Shown in pieces: positions 41,137 through 50,511 of a stretch of DNA of 64,000 bases. Each line of letters starts with the position of its first letter. Within the stretch, counting starts at the first letter, position 1. Under the pieces are notes generated by a model. That model did no database searches, was not told the DNA's origin, and worked only from the letters and a program-made list of their open reading frames with translations. Made by a program: the position numbers and the translations under genes. The DNA is from an uncultured Planctomycetia bacterium (GTDB lineage: Bacteria; Omnitrophota; Gorgyraeia; VGKH01; JBHPFN01), in contig CAYOSQ010000006.1 of assembly GCA_964406665.1 (NCBI GenBank), positions 23,577-87,576 on the forward strand, in the 5' to 3' direction.

Positions 41137-41571
41137 TTATAGACTTTCTTCCTGAATCCAAGAGCCGTGCTGATTACAATGCTCAACAGCAGAAAGCTTA
41201 CCACTCGTTACTTTAATATGCAATGCTGCAGCCGGATTAAGTTTCTCTGGAGTTAAATATACTCTTGATACATACTCTCCATCGATATAAAAATCAATGT
41301 TGGTGATATAATGTTCCGGCAACATCGGGTGTTGAACTTCTCCCACCTTTACGTGAGCATCATTGCAACCTTCAGGAATTAAACCACACTGCTTTACAAC
41401 AGTTATCACAGGTGTATGCTTCTCGCCTGCTTTTGCATCGTCCTGGGCTGTTTTAAGCGCATCCGCCTTTTCTTCAAAAGATCCCTGCGGGGCACCACAT
41501 ACCGGACACTTAGCTGGTGCGCTTCCGTTTATTGAAACAAAACCACAAATTTTACAAACATGACCTTTCAT
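41137..41571 (-). CDS. superoxide reductase (desulfoferrodoxin/neelaredoxin family) with N-terminal rubredoxin-like CxxC...CxxC domain
   Basis: SOR motifs EKHTP and CNQHG; N-terminal CKICG...CPVCG; start at MKGHVC with AAGGAGG RBS 5 nt upstream. Confidence 0.75.
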   Translation of the reverse strand: MKGHVCKICGFVSINGSAPAKCPVCGAPQGSFEEKADALKTAQDDAKAGEKHTPVITVVKQCGLIPEGCNDAHVKVGEVQHPMLPEHYITNIDFYIDGEYVSRVYLTPEKLNPAAALHIKVTSGKLSAVEHCNQHGSWIQEESL

Positions 41572-41696
41572 CGCTACCTCCTTAAATGACCCCGCCATTT
41601 TAACGGGCTATACTTTTGGTACCGCCCTTGCCAAAAGGGCGGGATAAGTTTGGCCAAACGACTTAATTTCGCTGTGCTCATTAAGTCGTGTCCTCA

Positions 41697-42233
41697 CTAA
41701 TAATTCTCACAAAATAGTTCAAAATGTGCCTGTGGATGCTTACAAGCCGGACATGCGTCCAAAGCAGAATCACCCTCGTGAATATATCCGCAATTGTTAC
41801 ACTTCCATTTAACCACAGAATCTTTTTTAAATACTTTACCGCCTTCGATATTCTTCATTAATTTATTGTATCTTGTTTCGTGAGCTTTTTCAGCCTTGGC
41901 TATTTCTAAAAACGATTTAGCAATCTCAGGAAATCCTTCTTCCTCGGCAATCTTAGCAAACGATGGATACATATCTGTCCATTCATAATTCTCACCTGCT
42001 GCTGCGGCCTTTAAATTATCCATTGTACTGCCGATACCTTTTAAATATTTAAATTCAATCTTTGCGTGTTCTTTTTCATTATCTGCTGTTTCTTGAAAAA
42101 TATTAGAAATCTGCACATAACCTTCTTTTTTTGCTACCTTAGCAAAATAAGTGTATTTATTTCTTGCCTGTGATTCTCCTGCGAATGCTGCTAACAAATT
42201 CTTTTCTGTCTCTGTTCCTTTTAAATCTTTCAT
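41697..42233 (-). CDS. rbr: rubrerythrin
   Basis: Diiron ferritin-like domain plus C-terminal rubredoxin-like CNNCG...CPACK; start at MKDLKG with GGAGG RBS directly after the rubredoxin stop. Confidence 0.85.
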   Translation of the reverse strand: MKDLKGTETEKNLLAAFAGESQARNKYTYFAKVAKKEGYVQISNIFQETADNEKEHAKIEFKYLKGIGSTMDNLKAAAAGENYEWTDMYPSFAKIAEEEGFPEIAKSFLEIAKAEKAHETRYNKLMKNIEGGKVFKKDSVVKWKCNNCGYIHEGDSALDACPACKHPQAHFELFCENY

Positions 42234-42246
42234 CTTCTCTTTCCTC

Positions 42247-42405
42247 CTATATTTTTTCAAAACTTTCTTTACTTACCCCACATTCAGGACAAACCCAATC
42301 TCCTGGAATATCTGCAAAAGCAGTACCAGCAGCTATGTCCGCATCCAGATCACCTTTTTCTGGATCGTAAATATAACTGCAGATTGTACAACGATATTTA
42401 TCCAT
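42247..42405 (-). CDS. rubredoxin (52 aa; absent from ORF track)
   Basis: Minus-strand [55 protein letters not shown] with two CxxCG knuckles. Confidence 0.8.
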   Translation of the reverse strand: MDKYRCTICSYIYDPEKGDLDADIAAGTAFADIPGDWVCPECGVSKESFEKI

Positions 42406-42420
42406 TTTATCCCCCTTTTT

Positions 42421-43584
42421 CTACAAGACTGATTTTAATTTATTTTTAAATTCCTTGATTTCTTCTTCATCAGGAACGTATTGTAACTTTAATCCTTTTA
42501 AAGGAACTTCGAATTTGCAAGACTCAAATACACTCTCTATTTCAGGAATGCTTTGCCCACCCCAACCAAAAGAACCAAAAGCTATTGCCGTCCTATTATC
42601 CGGAGCTAAACCTTTTAAATAAGTCAAAAAAGCCGCCACTGTCGGCATAAGCCCGTTATTAAGCGTGGGAGAGCCAACACAAATATATTTTGCTGATAGG
42701 GTCTTAGCCATAATATCAGAGATATGGTTTTTCTGAAGATTCAACAATTCACATTTGATATTTTTGTCCTTAAATACATCACCTAAAGCATTAGCCATCT
42801 TTTCGGTTGATTTCCACATAGTGTCATATACAATAACGGCTTCATCATTACAAATATTACCTGCCCATTTTTTATAAAGTTCAACTATATCTTTAACGCT
42901 TTTTCGCCAGATAATTCCGTGGCTGGGAGCAATTGTTTTGATGTTTAATCCTGATGCTGCTTCCAACAATTTATTAACCTGCTTGCTGTAAGGCAAAACA
43001 ATATTGGCATAATATTTTGCCGCTTCTTCTTTTAATACAGCAATATCGAATTCGTCGTCAAACCTCTCATTAGATGCAATATGCTGGCCAAATGCGTCGT
43101 TGGATAATAACAATTTTTCCTCAGGTAAATATGTAAGCATGGAATCGGGCCAATGTACCATAGGCGCTAACACAAAACTTAAATTTCTTTTACCAATATT
43201 TACCACATCTCCTGTGTTAACTACTTTAAAATTCCAGTCTTTTTTAAAATGTCTCTTTAATCCTTTTTCTCCATTGGGCGATGCTATGACTGTTGCATTT
43301 TTCGCAATCTCTAAAATCTTAGGCAACCCGCCAGAATGGTCCATTTCGGTATGGTTGGATACAATATAGTCTATGCGAGAAGGATCAATTACTTCTTTAA
43401 TATTTCCCAGCATCTCGTCATAGAGATGATGCTTAACAGTATCGACAAGTGTAATTTTCTCATCAATTATAAGATAGGCATTATAGGTAGAACCCCTTTG
43501 AGTAAGATACCCGTGGAAATCCTTTAAGCCCCAATCAACCGCCCCTACCCAATAAACATTATCTGCTAATTTTACAGCTGACAT
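42421..43584 (-). CDS. flavodiiron protein (FprA-type O2/NO reductase)
   Basis: 387 aa; metallo-beta-lactamase-like diiron domain (H-x-E-x-D-H in SNHTEMDHSGG) followed by flavodoxin-like domain. Confidence 0.85.
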   Translation of the reverse strand: MSAVKLADNVYWVGAVDWGLKDFHGYLTQRGSTYNAYLIIDEKITLVDTVKHHLYDEMLGNIKEVIDPSRIDYIVSNHTEMDHSGGLPKILEIAKNATVIASPNGEKGLKRHFKKDWNFKVVNTGDVVNIGKRNLSFVLAPMVHWPDSMLTYLPEEKLLLSNDAFGQHIASNERFDDEFDIAVLKEEAAKYYANIVLPYSKQVNKLLEAASGLNIKTIAPSHGIIWRKSVKDIVELYKKWAGNICNDEAVIVYDTMWKSTEKMANALGDVFKDKNIKCELLNLQKNHISDIMAKTLSAKYICVGSPTLNNGLMPTVAAFLTYLKGLAPDNRTAIAFGSFGWGGQSIPEIESVFESCKFEVPLKGLKLQYVPDEEEIKEFKNKLKSVL

Positions 43585-43594
43585 TTTCTAACCT

Positions 43595-44305
43595 CTAATA
43601 TCCTATGAAGTTTTCCGCCATTATTTTTTGTTTTTCGCAATTAAGCTGCTCACATAATGATTTCATTGCATCTACCATCCTGGGAGGACCAAAAATAAAA
43701 AATTCTCTCTCGCACATATCGTTAACTTCTTTAACCAACAATTCTTTGCTAATGCGACCTTTGATACATGCAGCATCTTTAGAATCGCAGTCGCTCACTG
43801 TAAAAAATATCTTAATATTTTTATTAGCAGATTGCCAGTAATTTAATTCCTTACGAAATGCAATAGTTAGATCCGAACTGTTTGAATAAAACAATAATAC
43901 ATCTGTATCAATCTGCTTATCAACTATATACTCAATAATAGAAATTACCGGTGTAATTCCTATGCCACCTATTAAAAAACCAATCTTTTTATAATCATCC
44001 TTAAAAGTACAGTTGCCTAACGGACCCTTAAATAAAACTTCGTCATTGAGCTTAAGATCTTTTAGCTTGCTGGAAAACGCACTGTCGCTTAGTTTTTTTG
44101 TTACTTCAATATAATCCTTTGTCACAGATGAAGACAAAGAAAGATATTTATTTAATTCCCGGTTCTCTATATTATCTTCATCAAAGATAACGCGCAAGAA
44201 TTGTCCAGGAATAAAATCCAACTTTTCATCAAGGCTAAACCTGAAGCTTTCAATAGGATAAACTCTTTCTATCCTTTCGATTAATTTTCCTTTAAAAGTT
44301 TTCAT
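43595..44305 (-). CDS. ferredoxin-NADP reductase-like FAD/NAD(P)-binding oxidoreductase
   Basis: 236 aa; FNR-like FAD-binding barrel and NAD-binding GGIGITP motif. Confidence 0.55.
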   Translation of the reverse strand: MKTFKGKLIERIERVYPIESFRFSLDEKLDFIPGQFLRVIFDEDNIENRELNKYLSLSSSVTKDYIEVTKKLSDSAFSSKLKDLKLNDEVLFKGPLGNCTFKDDYKKIGFLIGGIGITPVISIIEYIVDKQIDTDVLLFYSNSSDLTIAFRKELNYWQSANKNIKIFFTVSDCDSKDAACIKGRISKELLVKEVNDMCEREFFIFGPPRMVDAMKSLCEQLNCEKQKIMAENFIGY

Positions 44306-44451
44306 TTTCTCAAGAGTTACTTATCTAATATAAACTTAATGTTTGTTAATAATTATTTCTTGCTTTTTTTCTTTGCCTTGCAAGATTTCTTAGCAGACTT
44401 TTTGCCACAACCTTTTTTTCCACAACCCATTTCTACTTCCATTCATATATG

Positions 44452-44796
44452 TTAAGCTATTTCACCATTATAAAGCCTATCAATCTTAGCGGCAATAATA
44501 AAATCGTTCTCAGACAAACCACCAATTGCGTGAGTTGAAGAAGCAATGCGCACCTTATTATAAATTATAGTAATAGCAGGATGATGCCCTTCTTTTTCGG
44601 CAATAGCACCAATTTTATTGACAAAATCCAATGATTGCTTGAAATCCTTAAACTTATACTCTTTTTTTATCTTTTTTCCGTCTACCAGCTCCCAGCCCAT
44701 AACCTGGCTTAAGTAACGATTACTTTCATCGCCTGATAACGCAGACGTACCACCTTCACAGGCCTTGCATTTTTTGGTGCTTAAGTTTTCACACAT
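44452..44796 (-). CDS. pterin-4a-carbinolamine dehydratase (PCD/DCoH)
   Basis: 114 aa; signature EGHHPAITIIYNKV. Confidence 0.75.
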   Translation of the reverse strand: MCENLSTKKCKACEGGTSALSGDESNRYLSQVMGWELVDGKKIKKEYKFKDFKQSLDFVNKIGAIAEKEGHHPAITIIYNKVRIASSTHAIGGLSENDFIIAAKIDRLYNGEIA

Positions 44797-44987
44797 GATG
44801 GTCCTTTGTCAATGCCTAATTTTCTTAGAATTGCCATCATCGGGCACCAATTTGTAAAAGCCGACTGCAATAAATTCAACCCTACAAAAGCTGTAAACCA
44901 AAGCCAGCCGGGATGAACAAAATAACCCAATAATAAACTAACTAAAATAAAAAATCCCGCAATACCACGCAATGTTTTTTCTATCAT
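44781..44987 (-). CDS. small membrane protein, DUF2892/YgaP-like
   Basis: 68 aa; two TM helices, conserved NWCP motif. Confidence 0.5.
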   Translation of the reverse strand: MIEKTLRGIAGFFILVSLLLGYFVHPGWLWFTAFVGLNLLQSAFTNWCPMMAILRKLGIDKGPSCVKT

Positions 44988-44998
44988 TTTCTACTCCT

Positions 44999-46276
44999 TT
45001 AAAAATTATATCTCGCCCTTGCAAAAATATTTTTATTTCTCTTCATCTGGCCAAATTCTGTTTTATCATCTTCACCCCAGGGTAAATTTCCTCCTAAGGT
45101 AATCTTCCATTGATCGCTTAAATCATAACTAACTGATGGACGAAAATATCCATCCTTATCAGAAGGAGAATAAAAAGTAAACAAAGAAACCATAACGGTT
45201 TGATTCTTATAAAGTTTTGTTATGCGATTAGTCACTACATGCCTTGCTTCATCCCAAAAATAATCCTGCGCCAATAAATTGTTACGGTAATTATCATAAT
45301 CCAGTTTTTGCTCATACGCATACTGCAATCCAATCCTTAAATCATTACCTAAATCTTTACTATATCCACTTAAGAATTTAAAAGATGAATTCTCGATTAG
45401 GCGATTATCGCCGTTGGAATCTTCTCGAGAATTATAATAACCGAATTCAACATTTCCTATCCCCGATGCAAACGGCCCTCGTAAGCTCCAACCGTAAACA
45501 TCAAGTCGTCTATAAAATAACTGCCTAATAGCTTCGTTTTTATAGCTACTGGGATTTTTATCAAATCCGCGAAAATAGTATAAGGCTAGCTCATTACTGC
45601 CTAAACTTCTATAAAGCCTTAAAGCATATTCATTATTGGACATCTGCAAAGGCGGCTCCAATAAATCCCTATCGGAGTCCCTCCCTGCAATCCCTTTCTG
45701 AAAACTATCAAAGAACGATAACCTATCTCCTTGAGGTGTAGTATTAGGTTCAAATAACATAACGATAAAATCAATATTGACTAAAGAAGGGTAAGCAGAA
45801 AATTTTATAGCATCTGAGGGCTTCTTAAGATACTCATCGTCTCTACCTATATAAAAAGAAATGTAATCTTTAGGAAACATATCATTAATAAAAAAATAGT
45901 CTCCTGTTCCCCAGGTTAAAACCTGACGTCCTGCTTTTACATCTAATATATCCAAAGGCGTAAAAGCAAAATTCAATTCTCTTAAATCTGCAGCAGTTTT
46001 TCCGTCAAAATATTCATCAACAGTAAAATCAACCTTTGCATTAATTGCGGCCTGTGTATCTGAAAAATAATTGTCTCCCTGGAAATAATGCACGCCTTTT
46101 AATTGCAAACGCTGTTCCAACATATTGAAACTATCATTTTTAGTTTTGTCGTCACTTATCTTCACTCCGTAGCCTAATTCAACAAATCCATTTATGTCAA
46201 AAGGAGCTGCGTATATTTCTCCGGAGAAAATTAATGCCAAAACAAAAAATATTAAACAACAAACTGTCTTTTTCAT
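44999..46276 (-). CDS. outer-membrane beta-barrel protein (hypothetical), third gene of MMPL exporter operon
   Basis: 425 aa; signal peptide, alternating beta-strand pattern, C-terminal aromatic residue (…RYNF); start adjacent to upstream gene stop. Confidence 0.5.
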   Translation of the reverse strand: MKKTVCCLIFFVLALIFSGEIYAAPFDINGFVELGYGVKISDDKTKNDSFNMLEQRLQLKGVHYFQGDNYFSDTQAAINAKVDFTVDEYFDGKTAADLRELNFAFTPLDILDVKAGRQVLTWGTGDYFFINDMFPKDYISFYIGRDDEYLKKPSDAIKFSAYPSLVNIDFIVMLFEPNTTPQGDRLSFFDSFQKGIAGRDSDRDLLEPPLQMSNNEYALRLYRSLGSNELALYYFRGFDKNPSSYKNEAIRQLFYRRLDVYGWSLRGPFASGIGNVEFGYYNSREDSNGDNRLIENSSFKFLSGYSKDLGNDLRIGLQYAYEQKLDYDNYRNNLLAQDYFWDEARHVVTNRITKLYKNQTVMVSLFTFYSPSDKDGYFRPSVSYDLSDQWKITLGGNLPWGEDDKTEFGQMKRNKNIFARARYNF

Positions 46277-47068
46277 TTATTTAATCCACTGCGCCGGTGC
46301 ACGCCTAAGATATCTTTCGGTAAAAATATCTTCGCTAATCCCTACATTGTATTCGATATTGCCAAACTCCATGATTGTCTGCCCCCCGCGGATAAAATCT
46401 TTAGCCACAGATTTCACAACCGTTGGATAACCTTGAATATCTTTTATCTCTATTGCCTCAATAGATCTAATCAACTTATCTTCTTTATCATAATATTCTG
46501 CCTTGACAGGAATAAAATTATCTTTATTTACCCAAACATAATAATAATTGAATTCTACCCCTTTTGTATCTTTGGGAGAATTTTTTATCTTATATGCTTT
46601 ACCTTCTGATCCAACCAGTTCGTGTACATCTGCCTTTACACCTCTTCCGGATACATCTTCGTATAGAAAATGTGAACCTACAAAACTTGTTCGCTTATCA
46701 CTAGAAGCAATTCTCCTTACCAAATCCAAAGCCGGCAAATAAAGCCAGCGGTCATCGTCTTTACCAATATTCTTCCAAACCATATAAACCATTTTAGCAA
46801 CATCAGTAGGTTTTCTAAAATATACGAAGAACTTCTGTTCTCCGCCTTGCTTAATAGTAATTCTCAAAATGCGGAAATCACGTATGCGCTCTCTTCCTCG
46901 AGAATCTACAATTTTCATAACAACATCTGTTTTTCCGTTTTCTCCTGCATAATATGAAGCTATGTTAGCCCTATCTATAATTTGATCAACTGTCAGCTCT
47001 TCTGCCTGTGCAGACATCGCGCTCAGCATTAAAACAGACACTAGGAATAAACCAAATAACCTTTTCAT
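46277..47068 (-). CDS. LolA-like outer-membrane lipoprotein-sorting family protein
   Basis: Signal peptide MKRLFGLFLVSVLMLSAMSAQA; start ATG overlaps the MMPL stop by one base (TAATG); ORF-track N-terminal extension to 47170 rejected. Confidence 0.6.
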   Translation of the reverse strand: MKRLFGLFLVSVLMLSAMSAQAEELTVDQIIDRANIASYYAGENGKTDVVMKIVDSRGRERIRDFRILRITIKQGGEQKFFVYFRKPTDVAKMVYMVWKNIGKDDDRWLYLPALDLVRRIASSDKRTSFVGSHFLYEDVSGRGVKADVHELVGSEGKAYKIKNSPKDTKGVEFNYYYVWVNKDNFIPVKAEYYDKEDKLIRSIEAIEIKDIQGYPTVVKSVAKDFIRGGQTIMEFGNIEYNVGISEDIFTERYLRRAPAQWIK

Positions 47069-49581
47069 TAGTCCTCCTTTATAAGACATATTTCTCTCTT
47101 GGAAAGAAAATAACACGAAATTGAAGAAATCACTATTATACCAATCGTTATGTAGGTAATCGGCTTCCAACCAGCCGTAGAATAACCAAATAATACATAA
47201 GCAACTGCAGAAGCCACGAATAGTGAAATTAACGCACAGTGACTACAATGACAACCAACACCTTTTTCAGATTTCTTAAATATAGAATCGGGGAGCAAAG
47301 AAAATATACTCGGCAATATAAACAATGTTGCCAAGGATGAAACCGCCATAATGCTAAACATGAAAAATCCTACGGTTCTATAAGGAATAAGTGGTGCTGC
47401 TAAAAGAGGCAAAAATCCAATGGCAACAACTAAGGCATTGCGGATTATTGCCCTGCCCGGACCGGAAAACATCTCTTTAGAGGTTGTTTCCCAAGAACCT
47501 TTCTCTCTGTATATCTCAAGCGCTCTTTGAATAAAATGAATTGCAAAATCAATAGATAAACCTAAAGTCAGCGCAGAAAGAACGGCAACCGGCATATCAT
47601 AATCCTTACCCACAAAACCCAAAAAGCTGTAGATGAAAAGTATTGTTACAGTAAGCGGTATCATAGAAATCAAGGCTTTTACAGGAGAACGGAACAAAAA
47701 CAACATCATAAAAAGCACAATAAAGAAACTTCCGGCAAAATTCTTCAACATCCCCGTAACCATATTATTTTGCCATATAACATTAATATAAGTCTTTCCT
47801 GACCATTCATATTTTATCGGTAAAGGCGCAGGATTCTCAGAGATATATTCATCAACAAGATCAATTACCTTGCTCATATCTTTATTATCTCCGCTTTTCA
47901 ATTGAAACCAAATATTTAACTTTGAGTATGCCGGATTTGTTAAATGCCATAAATCATCGGGCTTGTGAGAATTTTCAAAAGAAATTAATGACTGGGCAAC
48001 CGCAGCCCTAGAATCAGGAATAACATTATTTTTCTCATCTCCCCCAAGCAATTCATAATATATTTTTTTAACTATATCAGATAAAGAAGTTGTCTTGCCC
48101 ACATATTTACTTTTATCGACTTCTGCCTGAAGATTTTCCACATATTTAAGCATTGACGGTTCGAGAAAAATCTCATCATCTTTATTTTCGGCCTCCAAAA
48201 CAAGATATGCTTCATAGGTTCCCGAGAAATGTTCATTAAGAACCTTATCCGCCACTCTTATGGGATGGTTTTTAGAAAACCAGCGCACAGGATTATCGTT
48301 AACTTGTATTTTGCTAATTCCATATAAAGAAACAATAACCAACAAAACAGTAAAGGCTAAAACAAATTTGAATTTTTTAAATATTATATTTCTAATAAAC
48401 AAAAGAACAGCATCTAAAACCCGAGAATGATTTTCCTTTCCAGACTTGGCAAGTTTTTCAAATTTATTCTTCTTAAGAAGCATAATAAAAGCCGGGATAA
48501 AAGTAATGGTAAGTATCCAGGCTACGAGCACCCCTACCGCAACAAATACTCCGAATACCTGCACCGGAGGAATAGGTGAAAACGATAACGAGAAAAAACC
48601 AACCGCAGAAGTAAGCGAAGTAAATAACATCGGAGAGAATAGTTCTTTTACAACATGATTAACTGTTTTCCGAGGGTCATGAAAATCTTTATACTTATCA
48701 AAAAACTCACTTAATATATGAACAGAGTCTAAAACCGCAATAGGCATTAAAAATATTGGTATCATGGAACTCATTATATGGACCGGAAAACCAAAAGCGA
48801 TCAGAAGCCCCATAGTAATCACCACAGTAGCAATCGCAACAAGCATAGGAGCGATAATCAGCGTTACGGATTTGAAAAACACCAACATCAAAAGGAAAAT
48901 AATCAAACCTGCCAGAGGAGCAGAAATTGCCATCTGCTTAAACATCTCAGCGCCAAACTGATCTTCCGCAACAGGAAGCCCGGTTACGTAAAATTTTTCG
49001 TCTCCGGGAAATTTAGCGGCAATCTGCTTAATCTCTTGAGAAACTTCATAACTAATATCTTTCTTCTCAATTGGAACATAAAGTGCAACAGCCTTACCGT
49101 TAGAAGATACAACGCTGTCTTTAAACATTGGGTGGCTCTGCGCCTGACGCCTTATTTCCAGGGCTTGTTCTTGAGTAACTGGCGGTTCTTCCATCAACCA
49201 GTTAAACCTAACCGAACCCAATCCTGCTTGCTCAACATTATCTTTTGTAGAAGGTGCAACTATCTCATACTCAATAACTCCGTCTATTTTTTTTATTTCA
49301 TCGGTTATCTGAGCAACTTTTTTGAGTGTAGATACATTAAATACGCCGTTTTTATGATTATCGTTTACTATGCCTAGTACGATAAAATCATAAAGGGCAA
49401 ATTCCTGCTTAACTTCACGGCTAAACACTCGAACCGGAGCATCATCCGCAAGCATATTTTCAGGGTCAGTATCTACTTTAATCCGAGGAAATTGAACCAA
49501 CGCAAGTAAAACTAAAGCTGCGGTAAAATAAACAATTACCTTAGGACGACTAATAGAGAAAGAAATTAGTTTTCTAAACAT
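47068..49581 (-). CDS. MMPL/RND-superfamily exporter
   Basis: 837 aa; two blocks of about six TM helices each preceded by a large periplasmic loop. Confidence 0.75.
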   Translation of the reverse strand: MFRKLISFSISRPKVIVYFTAALVLLALVQFPRIKVDTDPENMLADDAPVRVFSREVKQEFALYDFIVLGIVNDNHKNGVFNVSTLKKVAQITDEIKKIDGVIEYEIVAPSTKDNVEQAGLGSVRFNWLMEEPPVTQEQALEIRRQAQSHPMFKDSVVSSNGKAVALYVPIEKKDISYEVSQEIKQIAAKFPGDEKFYVTGLPVAEDQFGAEMFKQMAISAPLAGLIIFLLMLVFFKSVTLIIAPMLVAIATVVITMGLLIAFGFPVHIMSSMIPIFLMPIAVLDSVHILSEFFDKYKDFHDPRKTVNHVVKELFSPMLFTSLTSAVGFFSLSFSPIPPVQVFGVFVAVGVLVAWILTITFIPAFIMLLKKNKFEKLAKSGKENHSRVLDAVLLFIRNIIFKKFKFVLAFTVLLVIVSLYGISKIQVNDNPVRWFSKNHPIRVADKVLNEHFSGTYEAYLVLEAENKDDEIFLEPSMLKYVENLQAEVDKSKYVGKTTSLSDIVKKIYYELLGGDEKNNVIPDSRAAVAQSLISFENSHKPDDLWHLTNPAYSKLNIWFQLKSGDNKDMSKVIDLVDEYISENPAPLPIKYEWSGKTYINVIWQNNMVTGMLKNFAGSFFIVLFMMLFLFRSPVKALISMIPLTVTILFIYSFLGFVGKDYDMPVAVLSALTLGLSIDFAIHFIQRALEIYREKGSWETTSKEMFSGPGRAIIRNALVVAIGFLPLLAAPLIPYRTVGFFMFSIMAVSSLATLFILPSIFSLLPDSIFKKSEKGVGCHCSHCALISLFVASAVAYVLFGYSTAGWKPITYITIGIIVISSISCYFLSKREICLIKED

Positions 49582-49602
49582 GAACTTTTCACCTCTAAAA
49601 AA

Positions 49603-50133
49603 TTAAATGGTTTTTTGTGCTACGGCTTCACCTACTCCAAAAGTTGGCTGAGGACGCAAACTTAACTCTTTATCTAACATAAGAATTCCTGCTGGCTGAA
49701 TTCCTGCGTATTTTAATTTACCCAATATTTCCGAAGCACTACTTTCTTCTTCAACTTGCTCATTGATAAACCATTGCAAGAAAACTTTAGAAGCATTATC
49801 GTTAACTTTTTCGGAAATTGAATAAAGATTGTTAATGCTGGCAGTTACTTTTTTCTCATGTGCTAAAGCTAGCTTAAAAATGTCTTCGGCAGACTTAAAT
49901 TCTGTTGGAGGTTTATCAATTGCTCCCATTTCAACCTTGCTGCCTCTTTCATTTAAGAAATCAAAGAATTTAGAAGCATGGAACAATTCTTCTTGTACCT
50001 GCATCTTCATCCAATGGCCGAACCCTGAGAGGTTCTCAGATTCGAAATATGCTGCCATTTGATAATACAGATACGCAGAATACAGCTCTTTTGTTATCTG
50101 TTCATTCATTGCTTTTAATAGTTTTTTATCCAT
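49603..50133 (-). CDS. non-heme ferritin
   Basis: 176 aa; ferritin diiron ligands (E...EEL.H pattern: QVQEELFHASKF). Confidence 0.85.
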   Translation of the reverse strand: MDKKLLKAMNEQITKELYSAYLYYQMAAYFESENLSGFGHWMKMQVQEELFHASKFFDFLNERGSKVEMGAIDKPPTEFKSAEDIFKLALAHEKKVTASINNLYSISEKVNDNASKVFLQWFINEQVEEESSASEILGKLKYAGIQPAGILMLDKELSLRPQPTFGVGEAVAQKTI

Positions 50134-50157
50134 CTTGCACCTCCTGTGTCTTAAATC

Positions 50158-50379
50158 CTAAACTGAAACAACTTCTTTGACTTCAGGAACTTCCTGTTTA
50201 AGAATTCTCTCAATACCCATCTTTAACGTCATCTGACTCATAGGGCATCCACCACAGGCGCCGGTAAGCCTAACTTTAACTACGCCATCATCTCCTACAT
50301 CTACCAACTCAACATCGCCTCCGTCAGACTGTAGCGCCGGCCTTATTTTCTCTAATGCAACTTCAACTCTGTCTTTCAT
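50158..50379 (-). CDS. NifU-like (Nfu C-terminal domain) Fe-S cluster scaffold protein
   Basis: 73 aa; CGGCPMS motif. Confidence 0.8.
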   Translation of the reverse strand: MKDRVEVALEKIRPALQSDGGDVELVDVGDDGVVKVRLTGACGGCPMSQMTLKMGIERILKQEVPEVKEVVSV

Positions 50380-50511
50380 CTTGTCTTCTCCTGTTTAATT
50401 ACGTTCCAATTAATACTCTAGTTCTACTACTACATAATTCTCTTTTTGTTGTCAAGTAATACTATTTACCGAACTTATGGTGCTACTTTTACACACGACC
50501 TAGCTACCTGA

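Noticed and set aside
48778-49377. 199-aa plus-strand ORF from the ORF track
   Set aside because: Lies entirely antisense within the MMPL transporter gene and has a low-complexity Asn/Leu/Phe-rich translation typical of antisense frames in AT-rich DNA. The same reasoning applies to the other short plus-strand ORFs embedded in minus-strand genes (e.g. 2871-3152, 6803-7033, 22161-22385, 23147-23458, 55145-55501).
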